A stretch of 64,000 bases of DNA from Eutreptiella sp. 'Long Island Sound 2002' (Eukaryota; Protista; Euglenida): the NCBI GenBank assembly GCA_964036045.1, contig OZ038378.1:166966001-167030000 (forward strand). The letters are read 5' to 3'. The notes below the pieces were generated by a model. The model made no database searches and was not told the origin of the DNA. It saw nothing but the letters and a program-made list of their open reading frames with translations. A program made the translations under genes and the position numbers. Positions 10,825-23,658 of the stretch are shown here, in pieces (positions within the stretch are counted from its first letter, which is position 1; every line of letters starts with the position of its first letter).

Positions 10825-13248
10825 ATGTTTTCATCCAGAGCCCGCCAAGGAACCCTTACCTTCAGGGACATCTGCGCATCCGTCTGCACGATGTCCCAGG
10901 AGGACTGTCGCAAGACCCTTGACCTCTGCAAATGCCTCGATGATTTGCGGAAAGGTTGGCGATGGACTGAACAGGCAACTCGCCGCCTGTTCCATTTGCT
11001 GAGCGACGACGGACAGCCGGTCCCGTTTGATGCCCTCGCAGACGTTGATTGGCTGACCCAGGCACACCGGGAGTTCCTGCCGGAGTCCAGGCTTGTGACG
11101 GAGGAGGTGCTGGTTCGCATGCTCATGGGCGAGTGCCCCCAGCCGCTACTGGCCCCCCCCACAGTCAGTATCCCAGGGCCCAGAATGTCAGAGGAGGACT
11201 CTCTGAGGCAGGGGATATGGCGTATGTACGTGTATCTCGGGGGAAGTGATGGTATGGACGACGGCCTGGGCCAAGCGGCGCGGTCGTACTTTGCGGCTTG
11301 CCTGGGGCTGAGCCATCTGCCTTGCACGCGAAAAAAACAGGTGATGCCGTATGAAGCCCTCTATGACCTGCTCAGCAAACTGGACACCGAGACCGTGGAC
11401 GGAGTGAAGCCCGAAGATGCGAAGCAGCTCCACGAGGCGTTGGCCTTGCTCGGGGATCCAAGCCGTGCCATCTGGCCGCAGCCAGAGGCCAAGAGGCTTG
11501 TCAGCATTCTGGCGACGCCGGGGCCGTGCGATGCCACCCGCTTCGTGAAGTTCGCCGAGCAGGTCGGGCTTCCCATCCCCGCGGTGCTGCCGCTTGGTGG
11601 GATCATGGGCCAATGGGAACCAGAGGACTTTGCGCAGTTTCTCTGGCCTGAGCTGCAGTCCGTGACCCCCTCCTCAAGGTACTCATTGTCGTCCGAGTGC
11701 CCGTCCACGTCGACCACCCCAAAGTCGAGTGATTCGCCGCGGAGGGCCAGCGGATCCTCCCAGGCAACCAGCAGCAGCGATTCCCAACCGCCGGAGTTCG
11801 CCCGCCGCAGGTCGAAAAGAACGTACTACGCAAAGGGACAAAATATTGGCTCTGGGGGCTTCAGCCGCGTGTACCGTGCCATGGATATCGACACTGGAGC
11901 CTTGTACGCTGTCAAGGCAGTTGAGCGTCGCGAGCGCACTGCGAAGGACATCGAGGACCTGCGGAAAGAGATTGAAGCGATGAAGATGCTGAAGCACGAC
12001 CGCATCGTGGAATACATCTGTGTTGATGCGACAACCACGCATGTCCACATTCTTCTAGAGCTGATCGCGGGAGGCAGCGTGGCGGAGCTACTCCATTTAT
12101 ACGGCTCCTTTACTCAGAGGGTCATCAGTTGCTACACGCGGCAAGTGTTGGAAGGCCTGGAGTACATGCATTTCCACGATATTGTCCACCGGGACATCAA
12201 AGGCGCCAACATATTAATAACGGCGAAGGGCCAGGTGAAGTTGACGGACTTTGGCATTTGCATTCACCTTCGACAGCCCGCGGCGGGGCCCAGCGGAACC
12301 GGCGGAGATCCCCCGGGGCATGTCCCACTGAACGGCGTTGCCCATACCGAAGAGCTGGCGGGCACAGCCCGGTGGATGGCACCTGAGACCATCAGGGATG
12401 CAGGGAACATTGGCAAACCTGCGGATGTCTGGAGTCTGGGGTGTGCCATCATTGAGATGGCCACGGGGTATCCGCCGTGGGAAGAGAAGGATCTTGAAAC
12501 CCGGGAAGCGACGTTCTGGCACATCGCCTTCAGCGACGAGACCCCCTTAATCCCGAGCAGATTGAATGCCGACACTCGGAATTTCACTGAGCAATGCCTG
12601 AGGCGGGACCCCATGGCACGACCAGATGTTGCCGAGCTGCGGGAGCACCCGATGGTTGCCCCCCACGTCCCGTCCACCGTCGCGTCTGAGACGTCCGGCA
12701 TTTCTCGCAACGCGTCCGAAACGTCCCTGACGCGTGGATTCTCGCAGACCGGAAAAGAGGTCATGACCACCGGGACCATGGGCAGTCCCATCCACGTGCG
12801 CGTCGGCGGGAGGGGAAGGCGGCCTTCGTTCAGTAGCATTCCGGTGACGACATCAGACAGCGGAAGACCGGGAGGGAGCTGCGGAAGCGGATCGCCGTTG
12901 CCGGCTTCTCCGCATGAGCCCCCATTTGACCCGCCAGCAGTAGCCTCCAGCCCCGAGGAGCCGTATGTGCCAACGCATACTACACCTCAGGGGTGGGCAC
13001 CAAGGCGAAGAGCTTCCGAGCCAGTCGCCGTGCCAGGGGCCTTGCCTGAGGCCGCTGCGCTCGGAAGCAGGCGGAGGGCGTCCCTATGTGCCGCCCCGAC
13101 GAGCCTGGAAATGCCTCCGTCTCGCGGTGCAGAGTTGCTCGAGATGTTGGCGCCGGCAGATTGGGAAGCCCTCTGGGAGCACGTGGAATCGACCCGGATG
13201 CTGGAGCGCCACAAGCAAGTTGCTCAGGAGATGTACCCCAATGACTGA
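10825..13248 (+). CDS. Ser/Thr protein kinase, STE11/MAP3K (NPK1/MEKK-like) family, 807 aa, single exon
   Basis: GSGGFSRV, AVK, HRDIKGANIL, DFG, WMAPE, DVWSLGCAIIEMATGYPPW, CLRRDPMARP; kinase domain ~11822-12660; GC-rich coding-like composition. Confidence 0.93.
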   Translation: MFSSRARQGTLTFRDICASVCTMSQEDCRKTLDLCKCLDDLRKGWRWTEQATRRLFHLLSDDGQPVPFDALADVDWLTQAHREFLPESRLVTEEVLVRMLMGECPQPLLAPPTVSIPGPRMSEEDSLRQGIWRMYVYLGGSDGMDDGLGQAARSYFAACLGLSHLPCTRKKQVMPYEALYDLLSKLDTETVDGVKPEDAKQLHEALALLGDPSRAIWPQPEAKRLVSILATPGPCDATRFVKFAEQVGLPIPAVLPLGGIMGQWEPEDFAQFLWPELQSVTPSSRYSLSSECPSTSTTPKSSDSPRRASGSSQATSSSDSQPPEFARRRSKRTYYAKGQNIGSGGFSRVYRAMDIDTGALYAVKAVERRERTAKDIEDLRKEIEAMKMLKHDRIVEYICVDATTTHVHILLELIAGGSVAELLHLYGSFTQRVISCYTRQVLEGLEYMHFHDIVHRDIKGANILITAKGQVKLTDFGICIHLRQPAAGPSGTGGDPPGHVPLNGVAHTEELAGTARWMAPETIRDAGNIGKPADVWSLGCAIIEMATGYPPWEEKDLETREATFWHIAFSDETPLIPSRLNADTRNFTEQCLRRDPMARPDVAELREHPMVAPHVPSTVASETSGISRNASETSLTRGFSQTGKEVMTTGTMGSPIHVRVGGRGRRPSFSSIPVTTSDSGRPGGSCGSGSPLPASPHEPPFDPPAVASSPEEPYVPTHTTPQGWAPRRRASEPVAVPGALPEAAALGSRRRASLCAAPTSLEMPPSRGAELLEMLAPADWEALWEHVESTRMLERHKQVAQEMYPND

Positions 13249-13904
13249 TGTGCCATGCAAAGATTTTCTTGATAACAAAAGAGAATGGACCGGATAGTCA
13301 GCCTGGCGAGTACGGCGAGTGGCACAAGTGCTCACACGGGCTTGCGCATACCTACAAACAGCCGTGCAGTACACATCCGCAGTATTTTGTATGCTTTATC
13401 TGCGGGTGTGGATGTGCATGCTCCGAAAGGGGCTCAGCGGATGCAGGGAGGGACGCGTTTAGTTTCGGGTGCACCCGAACACTCTGCGAAGTGCCAGCGC
13501 ACACTTACTAGACATTTGCAGCGCTTCGGAGGGCTGACGGACACTGGCAGCAGTTGTTTCCTCTTCGGAACAAACATTCAAGGAAACACAACATTACCTC
13601 AGGCATTGTGAAGCACCATGAGCTCTTGTCAGCACATGCAAACACTTACAAACGGCTGCAAGCACTGATGAGCAACTGTTAGCTGTCAGCAGCTGTTAGT
13701 AACGGTTAGCAACTGTGGCACATTTACGCATCTGTAAGCACTTGCAAGCACTTGTGGGCTCTTGTAAGCTCAACCAGTAGGTGTCACCCATTGCTTTTGT
13801 AGCGCACCCTTTTCCTTGTTGTCCACGCAACGCCCCTTTCAAATAATACCAGGCGTTGCTTCCGTCAATTTTGACACGTGGGTTCTGCGCTTCTGCCTTT
13901 CTGA

Positions 13905-16164
13905 CTATCTGGATCCAGCAGTCTCTTGTTTACAAGTTTTGTGTGAGGCATTAGCGTCCGTCTCCTCCTCGCCGTAAACCTCCCTTCCCTTCCCTTCCCT
14001 TTGGCACGCTTCAAAGCCTTGACACATGGGATGCACCGTCTCCATCTGTTCCTTTTGGAGTCTGCTCAGTGCATCGAGTGCTGATACCCCCATTGGGCCA
14101 AAGTCACACAGCAGCAGTGACCAATCAAGTGGTTGGGGCGGGTGGCTGACAAAGCACAGCGTTTGTTGGGTCTCTTTTGAAGGTTCAGCAGCAGATTTTT
14201 GTTTTCCTCTTTCTTCTGCCCACTTTTTTTTTATTGCGGCTGACTTCCCGTGCAATGAATGTCTTTCAGCCTTCCTGATGTGCTGATCCGTCGACTACTG
14301 CTTCCTTCAAGTGCCAGGGCTGGGCTTACCCGGGAGCCTCACTTATTTAAGTGTGGGTGTCGGTGGTCCGTGTTCGGCGCTGTGACAGGGTTGCATACTT
14401 GTTCACAAATCAAACGAGACATGTGGGTTGCGCCCGCATCGCAACAGAACAGAAGAGGATAAGGAAGTAATGGAGACGGAGAAGCACGAGGCGACAAAAA
14501 AATGGATATCTTCAAAAGACTCCCATAAATCTACCAGTCGCTGCTGGTGCAACGGGAAAGATCGGCGAAGCAGGACATGCGGTGCACCGAATGTAATGGT
14601 TTGGCCGTTTTCTCAGGACCTTGTGGAAAGATAGTGTCAGCATTGGATCACTGTGCACTCCTTAAGGTCAGCCTTGGGTAAACAAATACACCCTCCCAAA
14701 TACATGTATTTGGCTGATGGGACACATCCCCCACTGCCTGCATCCAGCGTGGCGAAGTCCCGTTGACCGGAGTGTAGCACTTTCACCGAAGCTACCACCG
14801 TCGCCGGCCGAGTCGAATGTGAAAGAGCTGGTGTCAAGCGGCGGTGGACCATTTGGGTGCGGGGGTCATGAATCACTCTTGGCCACCTGCAAAGCTTCTG
14901 CCGACCACTGAGCGTGCATGATACTGGCTCGTGCTAGTGGTCTTGCCATTTGTGCAGATGGACAAAATGGGCATCTGTGGAAGCGGCAAGAACAGGCATG
15001 GCACTAGCAGCACTAGAATTATATCTGCGTGTTCAGTTTTTGTGTCCTTGTGGCATGGACCCACCCGCCTTTTGTCCTGCCTCTTCTCCCTCCATCCCGT
15101 AGCACCTTTGCACATTGCAGGTCCATACCATGAAAAGGCGTTTGGTTTTCACCCTCGGTCTGTTTGAGCATGCTCACGTTGCCAACCACCCCTGCCATTC
15201 ATACTCGGTCTCCTGGTTTGATGTATCTCGCGAGAGCCATCAGACTGTACCCTACGTATGCCGGAGGCATTGGAGGAGCATTGCATGCGGCGTGTGCTCG
15301 CTGATACTATCAAGGGTGCTGGAACCGAAGCCGGCTGTGCTGAGATTTGAAGGGAAAGCGCTCATGCACCACTCGGCCTTTGGGCAATCAGTCTGTGTTT
15401 GTGGAGAGAGAGTCTGTGTGTGTCTCTGCGAAAAAACTGAGTGTCATGCAGGATTCCCTGCCTGGTTTCGACTGGAGGGTGGCTGATAGTAGACGATGCA
15501 TCCACAGCTTGTGATGGAACCCGCTTGAGCTCCTTGCTGCAAAGCACAGCACCGAAGTGCTGCGAACGAACCGGGACTATACCAGCATCCTCACTGGACA
15601 GTGGGGCTGCAACGCCACACTTAACAACACACACAATAAGGGAGAGGATGGCATCCATCCATCGGTCCCATGCGAGGAAGAGTGCGCGCCTATGAGGACA
15701 GCAACGCCGCGTCCACGGTGCAGGTTTCTGCCATGTTGCGTTGACGCTGGCCTCTGCATGGCTCGCTCGCCGAGCATGCGTGCACTGTGGGCATGCACAC
15801 CAGGCAGCGAATGGCTGACTTGTTGAAATGCTGCCCGCTTGCCCAACACGTGCTCGCCTACAATGGCCTATCCTCTACGACGCATGTTTGTACACTGTAG
15901 GTGCCCTTTTAGAACAAGGATGAGACTCCTTCTCAACGCTCACCCCCCCCCCCCCCCCCACACACACAACGGAGGTTCTCGGCAAGGCGCGGGCACAGGC
16001 GCAGGGGCCTGGATCTGCTGGGGGGCCAATGGCCACCGGCCTAGGTATGACCAAAGTGCCTGTACAGCACACCTGAGCCTGCTGACCCAGGCTGGCGTTC
16101 CTCCTTAATATGGCTTCTGTCCCTCTCAACAACACAAACACACCCACACCCACACACAGACACA

Positions 16165-16222
<58 letters not shown>

Positions 16223-18900
16223 CACCGTGGATTCAATTCTAGTGACTGAGGAGTTCTGGGGATTACAGAAATTGACTGCATCAGTGCAGGCATTAGGGCC
16301 GCGACATGAATGCCACCATCTGTGGAGCAAGTGAAAGCTGAGACCCCCACCAGCAACGTTGCGAGGGGTTGCGTTGCGGCTGGGTTTGTAGCCCTACCTG
16401 CCGAAAGCAGGCCCGCCTCATGCAGACGGTGGCGTGCAGTGTTGGTTTTTCAGAGCATGTGTGGAATTAATCATGGCCCAGGCCGTATCCCATGTCTCTC
16501 AGTCTGCTCAGTTTTCTTTCCATTTGGTCGACTCTGGCCCACCAGCTGCGGGTGAATTACAAGCCGTTGTCGCTTTCATCCACAACTGCTGTACCTTTCC
16601 CCACAACCAACATGTCGAAGCTGCCCTGATTATGAAGGCTGGTGTTGAAAGTCTGCAGGTTTTGGTCTGTTGAGATGATTGGCAGCATCCTGCTCCTGCT
16701 GCTCTCTCCAGTCTCCATTTTCCATGCTCAGCAATTCCGTGAATCTTCATGCCCCTCGTCGGCTTTGCTAATAAGTAGCGTCAGAATGGATTTCATTGCC
16801 CAGCTGGGCTGTGCAAGCTGGTGTTGGTTGGTGCTGCAATGATGTGCGCGACTGGCATGGGGCAACAGGAGGTTCGTGTTCATTTGCCTCCTCACCATGT
16901 TTCACGATCTCCGAAACGCCTTTGTTGCGCGTTGCTGTCAGCTATACAACCTGCACTTTACAGGGAGGGAACACCATCTTTGGACACTGATTCCGCGCAT
17001 TTCGTCAAAACAGACACGAATGAATTTTCTCCCCCACTTCAAGTCAGGGGCTAACGGGGGTGTCAACCTTGAGGACGTTCGCTCAAACGGGTTTCCATGG
17101 TGTGTGTGCGCTGCAACCACTCCCTGACGACTCCGATTTCACGGTGTTGTGCTTGTGTGAAGCGTGACTTCCTGGCAGAGTGCATCATGGTCCCCGTGGC
17201 TGCTGTTGCCTTCAGCCAGAGACTCGATGCGGTACCTGCCTGGGCCGCATTGGGTACCGTCCAGAGCATATGGCGAACCGTGAGGCCCTGGCCTGATCCG
17301 TTGGTGCTACATTGATCCATCACAATCTTCCAATTTGTAGTGCATTTCTCTGGCGCTGCTTCATTCTTTCAAGTCTACCAAAGCAATCAACTCCACTTAC
17401 TGCTTTTGCTCATGCGTTGAGTGACCTTGGCACAACCTTGCTGTCGCCAATGCATTGCACCCACTGCCTTACTGTACTTGGTGCATCGCACCGAGGGGCC
17501 GTATGCCACAGACTGTCGCACAGCTGCGCACACCACTACACTACACTTGCATATTATCCCCTCACACAGCAATGCACAACGTGCCCAAGCACAACATGCT
17601 GCTTCACCTCATTCCCCGCAAAAAATGAAAAGGTGCCAGTAGCAGCCATTCCGTCCCCGAGCAGTCCAATGCTCATGTCACAGTCGCTGCCAACCGTTGC
17701 CAAGTACCCGCTGCCAACTGCTATCGGGTGTCAGTTGGCGACCGTTGGTGGCAGTTGTCGTTGATTGTCCCCTGTGCTGTTGTTTCAGGAGAGAAATGCA
17801 TGCTTGCACAGGCTTCTGGGGCAGCAGCAGGCCGTCGCGTGCACAGTACATTGGAATGAATATGAATGCATCCCTGCTGCCTGCATGTGCCGTGGTCCAT
17901 CAAGCCCCAGAGAGCGCTGTAAACATCTCCTCCCATTTCAATGAGCACTGTGGCATCTCCTCGGTACCAACTTGCACCCTCATTAGCCCTCCCTCCCTCC
18001 AGACAATGTCTGTGTTCGTGTGGTATCCGGACTTTCATTCCGCTCAACGCGCGAGGGTCTCGGTGGAAACCCAGTGGAAAATCTCTTTGACGTGGGTTTT
18101 GTTTATATGTCAGGAGGGCATTTGCTGAAACCACGCAGGTTTGTCTTTTCATATTTGGTTTGCATGTAATGGCAGACTTGTGTGCTCAGAAGCATGTGAT
18201 GCCCTGGCCCTTGCAGTTGGCACATGTACTAGTAGTTTTCTCTTGCTTGTGCATTCCAAGTGGTATCAATTTCGCATGCACATTTGCATGCATAATCCAA
18301 GTGGATGTGGGAAGGCGCTGGTCTTGCCTGTGCAATCCCACATTCTTTACCTATCAGGTGCATAGATAGTTCAACACCTGCATCCGCAGCCACACACACA
18401 TCCAGCCCCACAGCATCTCTATCATCAATATCCACACCAACTCTCTCAGCCACATTCGCCGCAGCATCAGGATGAGCACATACTTCTTGTATCTCTGTCG
18501 AAAAAGAAAGGGGGTGCGCTGCAAGTCCAGGGGATATGTCTTGCCTGACTCCTGTTCATTGATTAACCCTCATAAACGACAGTGGTCAGTGCTGTAATGG
18601 TCTTCCCATGTATTGTATCAGGCCTTCTGAACTGCCAGTGTTCCGACAGTGTGGCTGTTGGCCCAAGTGGTAATGAGGTCATTTGCCGTTTGCTTTCATG
18701 GCATAAATGGTCTTGCTCCCTGCCGCACTGCAACATCACTGCAGAAAGTGGTGCACAGATGGCAGCACATGTTCTCTTCCACCCATTCTGAGACAGGAGA
18801 CGTGGTTTTCTAGGCATACGCATATGGTCTTTGTACCTCTGCGCAGAACTGAGTTGTATGCTGCCTCTGAGTGCCAGATATGTGTTCACCAGCATAGATT
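13905..18900 (-). other. Possible multi-exon gene of unknown function
   Basis: Exon-like segments with AG/GT edges, e.g. ~18351-18495 (IQEVCAHPDAAANVAERVGVDIDD.., strong pyrimidine tract, GTAAAG donor) and a phase-compatible segment starting ~18124. No recognisable domain. Confidence 0.25.
16137..16220. repeat. (CA)n microsatellite
   Basis: Long CA run seen directly. Confidence 0.95.
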
Positions 18901-19063
18901 ATGGCTTTGCAATTGTGCTGCTTACTGTTGTGAGATTGTGCTCAAGTGCTCGCGGTCAGCGACAAAGAAGGCACCATGATGTTGACAAAGCGGAGGTGTA
19001 CATTTGGGACCCCCAAAATACTGCACACGAACCCATCTTGCCTGGAATGGACGAGGTGGGATA

Positions 19064-19320
19064 TTGTGGGAACAACCATCTCTGCAAAGACAGAGTTGGG
19101 GAGCAATCAACCCTGCAAACCATATTTAGGGCACGACCATCTCTGCAGAACATATTTAGGGCACAACAATCCCTGCAAAACATATCCAGGGAACAACCAT
19201 CTCTGCTGCAAATACATCCAGGGAACAACCATCTCTGCTGCAAATACTTGCACATGCTGAGGGAAGAACCATCCCTGAAGAACATATTCAGGAAACAACC
19301 ATCTGTGCTGAACATGCTGA
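19064..19320. repeat. ~30-bp degenerate minisatellite, cluster 1
   Basis: Unit ~TTAGGGAACAACCATCTCTGCAGAACATAT; translates as IFREQPSLQN repeats. Confidence 0.8.
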
Positions 19321-19879
19321 AATTGAACATACCCCCCCCCCTGTCCAAGCTACAGTAGGCGTAGGGACCGTAATAATTGTATACGTAATTTTAATTGCGT
19401 ACGAAATGTAGTGCGGCCACATGAGACATGGGTTTGTCGTCACATTTGCCAATTACATGGAGTCATGAACACATGCAACATGCCACATGCAAGGCAATTT
19501 GATTTCCAAGAATTTGAAGTTGCCCGAGCCCAAACCAGCCCCTAAGCCTCAGCCAAAGGCATCTTCAAGAGGTGAGCATGTGCAATTGTTCCGCATGCTG
19601 TATGATCGCAAGAAGGGTTTCCAAGCCGAACATTTGTAGGCTTCACATTCTTCATTGCTTGTGCCAACATGGGTGTGACCCTGAAAATTTCATGTTCCCA
19701 AGGCTTTCTTGCGTTTGCACACACCTGGAAATGTGGGCAGAGGTCAAGGTGCACTCATACCATGCGCGCGCATATGTGTGTGTCGGTAGTTGTATGTGTT
19801 GCGCGCAAGCTACGCCCTTGTCCAAGCTACAGAGGACATAGGGACCGTAATATTTCCGTACATTGGCATAGCTTATACA

Positions 19880-20262
19880 AGGGGAGGGGGAGGGAACAAA
19901 CATCTTTGCCGCATTTGGGGGACAACCATCTGCGCTAACATGTTTTGGGAACAACCATCTTTGTCAAACGTAATTCCAGAACGACGATCTTTCCTGACAT
20001 TTTTAGGGAACAACCATTTTTGCAGAACATTATCAGGGAACGACCTTCTCTGCCAAGTGCATTTAGGGAACAACCATGTGCGCTGAACATATTTAAGAAA
20101 CAATCATTTGTACTGAACATGTTTAGGGAACAATCATCTTTGCGGAACATTATCAAGGAACAACCATCTCTAAAGAACATAATTAGGGAAGAATGATGCC
20201 CGCAGATCATAAGTAGCGAACACCTTTGTTGGTACAACATGTTCAAGGAACAACCATATCCG
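19880..20262. repeat. ~30-bp degenerate minisatellite, cluster 2
   Basis: Same unit as cluster 1, about 12 copies. Confidence 0.8.
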
Positions 20263-22901
20263 TAGAACATGAGGCTGCTCCGCGCACCGTGCGGGAGCGC
20301 GGTGCGGTTGCGGCCCAGTTGGCGTGGAATGGCGGTACCATGGAATGTACTATAGCGTGCAGTAGACGCCGGATGGAAGAGGACAGCAACGGATTACATC
20401 GGTGTGGGCAGAGTGTTGGAAGCACTAGCACATATGTTCCTTGCCCACCAAGGAGTGCGGCAAGCCCGGTGGAACCTCGTGGTTACGTATGAGTACTGGT
20501 GTGAGTATTGGTCGCGACATTTGTTGAGTGGCCGCAACATGAAGTTTTTGAAAGGCAGTCTAGGAGCAATCATTGATGTGGGTTGGGCGCTACAACTTCA
20601 ATAGTATAGGGCAGATTTTTTGGAAAAGATGGCCATACCGAAGAGCAATAGAGCGGCAGCTCAAGTGTTGACCCAGCCGGGAAGTCGGTCAGGCACATAA
20701 GTGGTGGATAGCTTGAGCAATGGAGCGTCGGAGAAGGAGATGAGATAACGGCGGATATTGCGGTCATGAAGTTGAACATGGAAAGTGGATCGGGTCTGAA
20801 GAATTCTGGACACATGAAAATGAAAAACTTGAAGCTATTGAGAAAGCGACCAGGAGCTCCCGAGTATGTGAGGGAATTTGCCAAGCTAATTAAGGAACTG
20901 GCAAAAGGGGATGGCGATGAGGAGCGGTTTGGTTGGGTTGGTTGAAGTGAAGATATGGAAAACCCTAGTGAGGTGTGATGATTGTGGAAGAGCATACTTG
21001 ACCCCTCTTGGGTTGCCGCCCCCAATCTCACCCACGCGATCGGCACGTAGCTTGCTCCAAATGGTTCACACCGGACGTCAAGGGAGCGGAGAACACCTGG
21101 GACGACAAGAAGGTCCTGTGAGGATCCGGAGGCACCCCAGGGGACGGTGGATAGCATCACCATATGTAATGGAGTCACACCTACACCAGCCAAGAAGTGG
21201 ATTATAGAATACCGAAACGAGGTGAAATGGGTAGGGACCCATTGGATGAGCTGGTTACCACTACGAGGGACACGAAGAATGACATGGATCACATGGCTGT
21301 GGGGCAACGTCCGCTGGCAAGGGACGGGTGCACCATGGGAACGGGGGAAGGAAAAATGTCCCCTGTGCAGGGGAACCCATGGCACCACAGTGCATAATCG
21401 ACTCATCCAGTGCCCGGTGTGGGAACCAGAGTTCAAAAAGGTGTGGACGACTAGCTGGGGAGATTGGGCCGCCCAAATGGAGGATTGGTACAATCAAGCG
21501 AATCCAGAGGACAAGCACCGTATCAGTAACTTACAGATCCCAGAAAGCCTGATTGAGTCACTGCAGCCGGGTCAGAAGCGTGAACCCCGACGCAAAGTGG
21601 CGGAGCACCAGTACCTGGCAATGATAGGAATGACACAGCTCGGGGCACACTACCCATGATGCCAAAGAACCCGACATGGGAGGAAGGAAACGCGGGATCG
21701 GCATGGTATGGGGCGCTTCGGGCACGAAAGGTGAGTCCAAATGTCACAGAAAAGAACCTCAGAGAGCAAGTGCGCTATCGACCGCAAAAGCGCACAACCC
21801 GGGTAGTCAAAACGGACAAACATGGTAAGGACACCACAGCCCCACTGCGTCAGGTGTACAACAAAGTAAAGGTATATGCGGTAGGAGATTTAACAAGGAA
21901 AAGAAAAAGACAGTTGCTGGACATACTGGGGTCCCCCATAATGCAGACCACAAGAGTAGATGATCTGTGCGTACAGATATGTCAAATCCTACAGCCGCGG
22001 TGGTCCATACTGAATGGACCAGGAAACCACATGCCAATAGGAGGATATAAGATCACAAAGACTACCATAGAAGGGGTGGAGGCGGATGCCAAAACGGTCT
22101 TAGCTATGCGTTACAAGGTAGGGGTCGCCATGCACAACATGGCCAGGTGGTTGCGGTACACCCTGAAGTGGAGAGATCACTACACGCAGCAGAAAAAGAA
22201 GATGTACCATCAGGACTCCAAAGGGGTAGTGCAGCAAGTGTTTCGCAAATGGTATAGACAAGGGCAAGTGCACATGAGGTACTACAATACCCAAAATGTG
22301 ATGTCACCGCAACCGGCATGGGATGCGTGGGAGCAGCAGGTAAGACATCTTTGGGATCAGTCTACCAAAAAGATAATGGAATGCACTTACCGGAGGGTGA
22401 AGGACGAGGTACAACAATACATCATTAGCAGGACACGAGTGGGCTGTAGCCATACTGCATGCAGATGCAATTAACGCCAGCCGCAAAGGACGCCCCAGGG
22501 ATGGCAATGAGTCTGGTACTGACGGCACCAACATACACAAAAGGTGTAGGACAGAGTAGGTGAGTATGCCAGGAGAGGGAGGAGGAGAAAGCACACAGTG
22601 AACTAAATGGAGGTGGAAGGGATGGAGCACCTTGGAAGGTACGGTGCCTCTATGGGTCTCAGCAACACAGGAGAATACGTGAGCTTCACCACAACATAAG
22701 GCCAGTAGGCGTGGCACTGCGTAGTGCATATGCAAGGGGTAGACCAAGCAGGTAGTGAACAGAGACAGCTCCCCAGGTAAAGCTGGAACACATGCTAAAT
22801 GTGGAGCCCTCGTTTGTACTATATGCCCTACTTCTTGAACCAGGCGGTTGCCTGAGAGCCCGCATTACACTCTTTGAACTTGTTGAGCCTAGAAAAAAAA
22901 A
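20260..22901 (+). mobile_element. 5'-truncated, decayed LINE-like element (C-terminal ORF part, 3' UTR, A-tail)
   Basis: Overlapping + ORFs 21147-21659 (CPLCRGTHGTTVHNRLIQC, non-LTR-type C-terminal Zn knuckle) and 21656-22474. Ends ACTCTTTGAACTT (22869-22881) and A9 (22893-22901). No RT core is visible. Confidence 0.45.
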
Positions 22902-22971
22902 GGTTCTGTCGGGATCGGTTGAGGCCCTGCAGACAATGGTTGCCCAAGCCTAGCACCCTACCGAGTGGGCG

Positions 22972-23658
22972 GTGGTGGCAGTAGCGGTAGTGTTGACGGT
23001 GGCGGGACTACGCGTCGGGGAGATGGCGGGGATCAAGGTCAGAGGATTGGACGGAATCAGAGGCACGATCAACTTCTGGGACGAGAAGGTCAACCGCAGA
23101 ACGTACTCCCGGAGAGTGGGGCCCTCGGCGCTTAGATGGGTCCGGTTCTTACACTGGTGGGAAATCCGAAAGTTGGGCCGCACCCAGCACGACAAAATCT
23201 TCAGTGGGCCGCGCCAGCTGGAGCGGGTCATGGCCAAGCTATTCGTAGGGTCAAAGTGGCAGGAGGTCCGCTGGCATGGATGGCGCCGACTCTGCGCGGC
23301 AACCTTGTACCAGGCAGGAACCCCCATGCCTAGCATCAAGGCGTGGTGCAGATGGCGGTCCACACAAACGGCTAGAGGGTATGCGGAGTGGCTGGAAGAA
23401 GGGACAATCAAACTTGTCTCCAAATGGCCCAAAGCCCCAAATCCGGTCAGCAAGGACATGTTTGCAAAGAGGTCATCCAGACTTGAAGTCCATGATGTCT
23501 GGCCAGCGAGATTGTTCCCCAACGACGTTCTCAGCAATAGCGACGACAACAATGTTAGCGGAGAGTGTAGCGCAAGTACCTCGGGGGGCAGTGACACCCA
23601 GGCCCGAACCCGCAGACGAGTGCCCACAAAGAAGAGCTGTCGGGGGGCAAGGGCCTAA
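22972..23658 (+). CDS. Tyrosine recombinase catalytic domain (partial)
   Basis: GLRVGEM (Arg I), WDEKV (Lys), WHGWRR (HxxR), RWRSTQTARGYAEW (Trp..Tyr nucleophile); all in one open frame. Confidence 0.85.
   Translation: MVAVAVVLTVAGLRVGEMAGIKVRGLDGIRGTINFWDEKVNRRTYSRRVGPSALRWVRFLHWWEIRKLGRTQHDKIFSGPRQLERVMAKLFVGSKWQEVRWHGWRRLCAATLYQAGTPMPSIKAWCRWRSTQTARGYAEWLEEGTIKLVSKWPKAPNPVSKDMFAKRSSRLEVHDVWPARLFPNDVLSNSDDNNVSGECSASTSGGSDTQARTRRRVPTKKSCRGARA

Noticed and set aside
10831-13214. Many antisense and alternate-frame ORFs over the kinase
   Set aside because: Expected shadows of GC-rich coding sequence.
15875-16356. ORFs containing (VC)n or (HT)n
   Set aside because: Translations of the (CA)n microsatellite; the same applies at 29000-29370 and 37186-37525.
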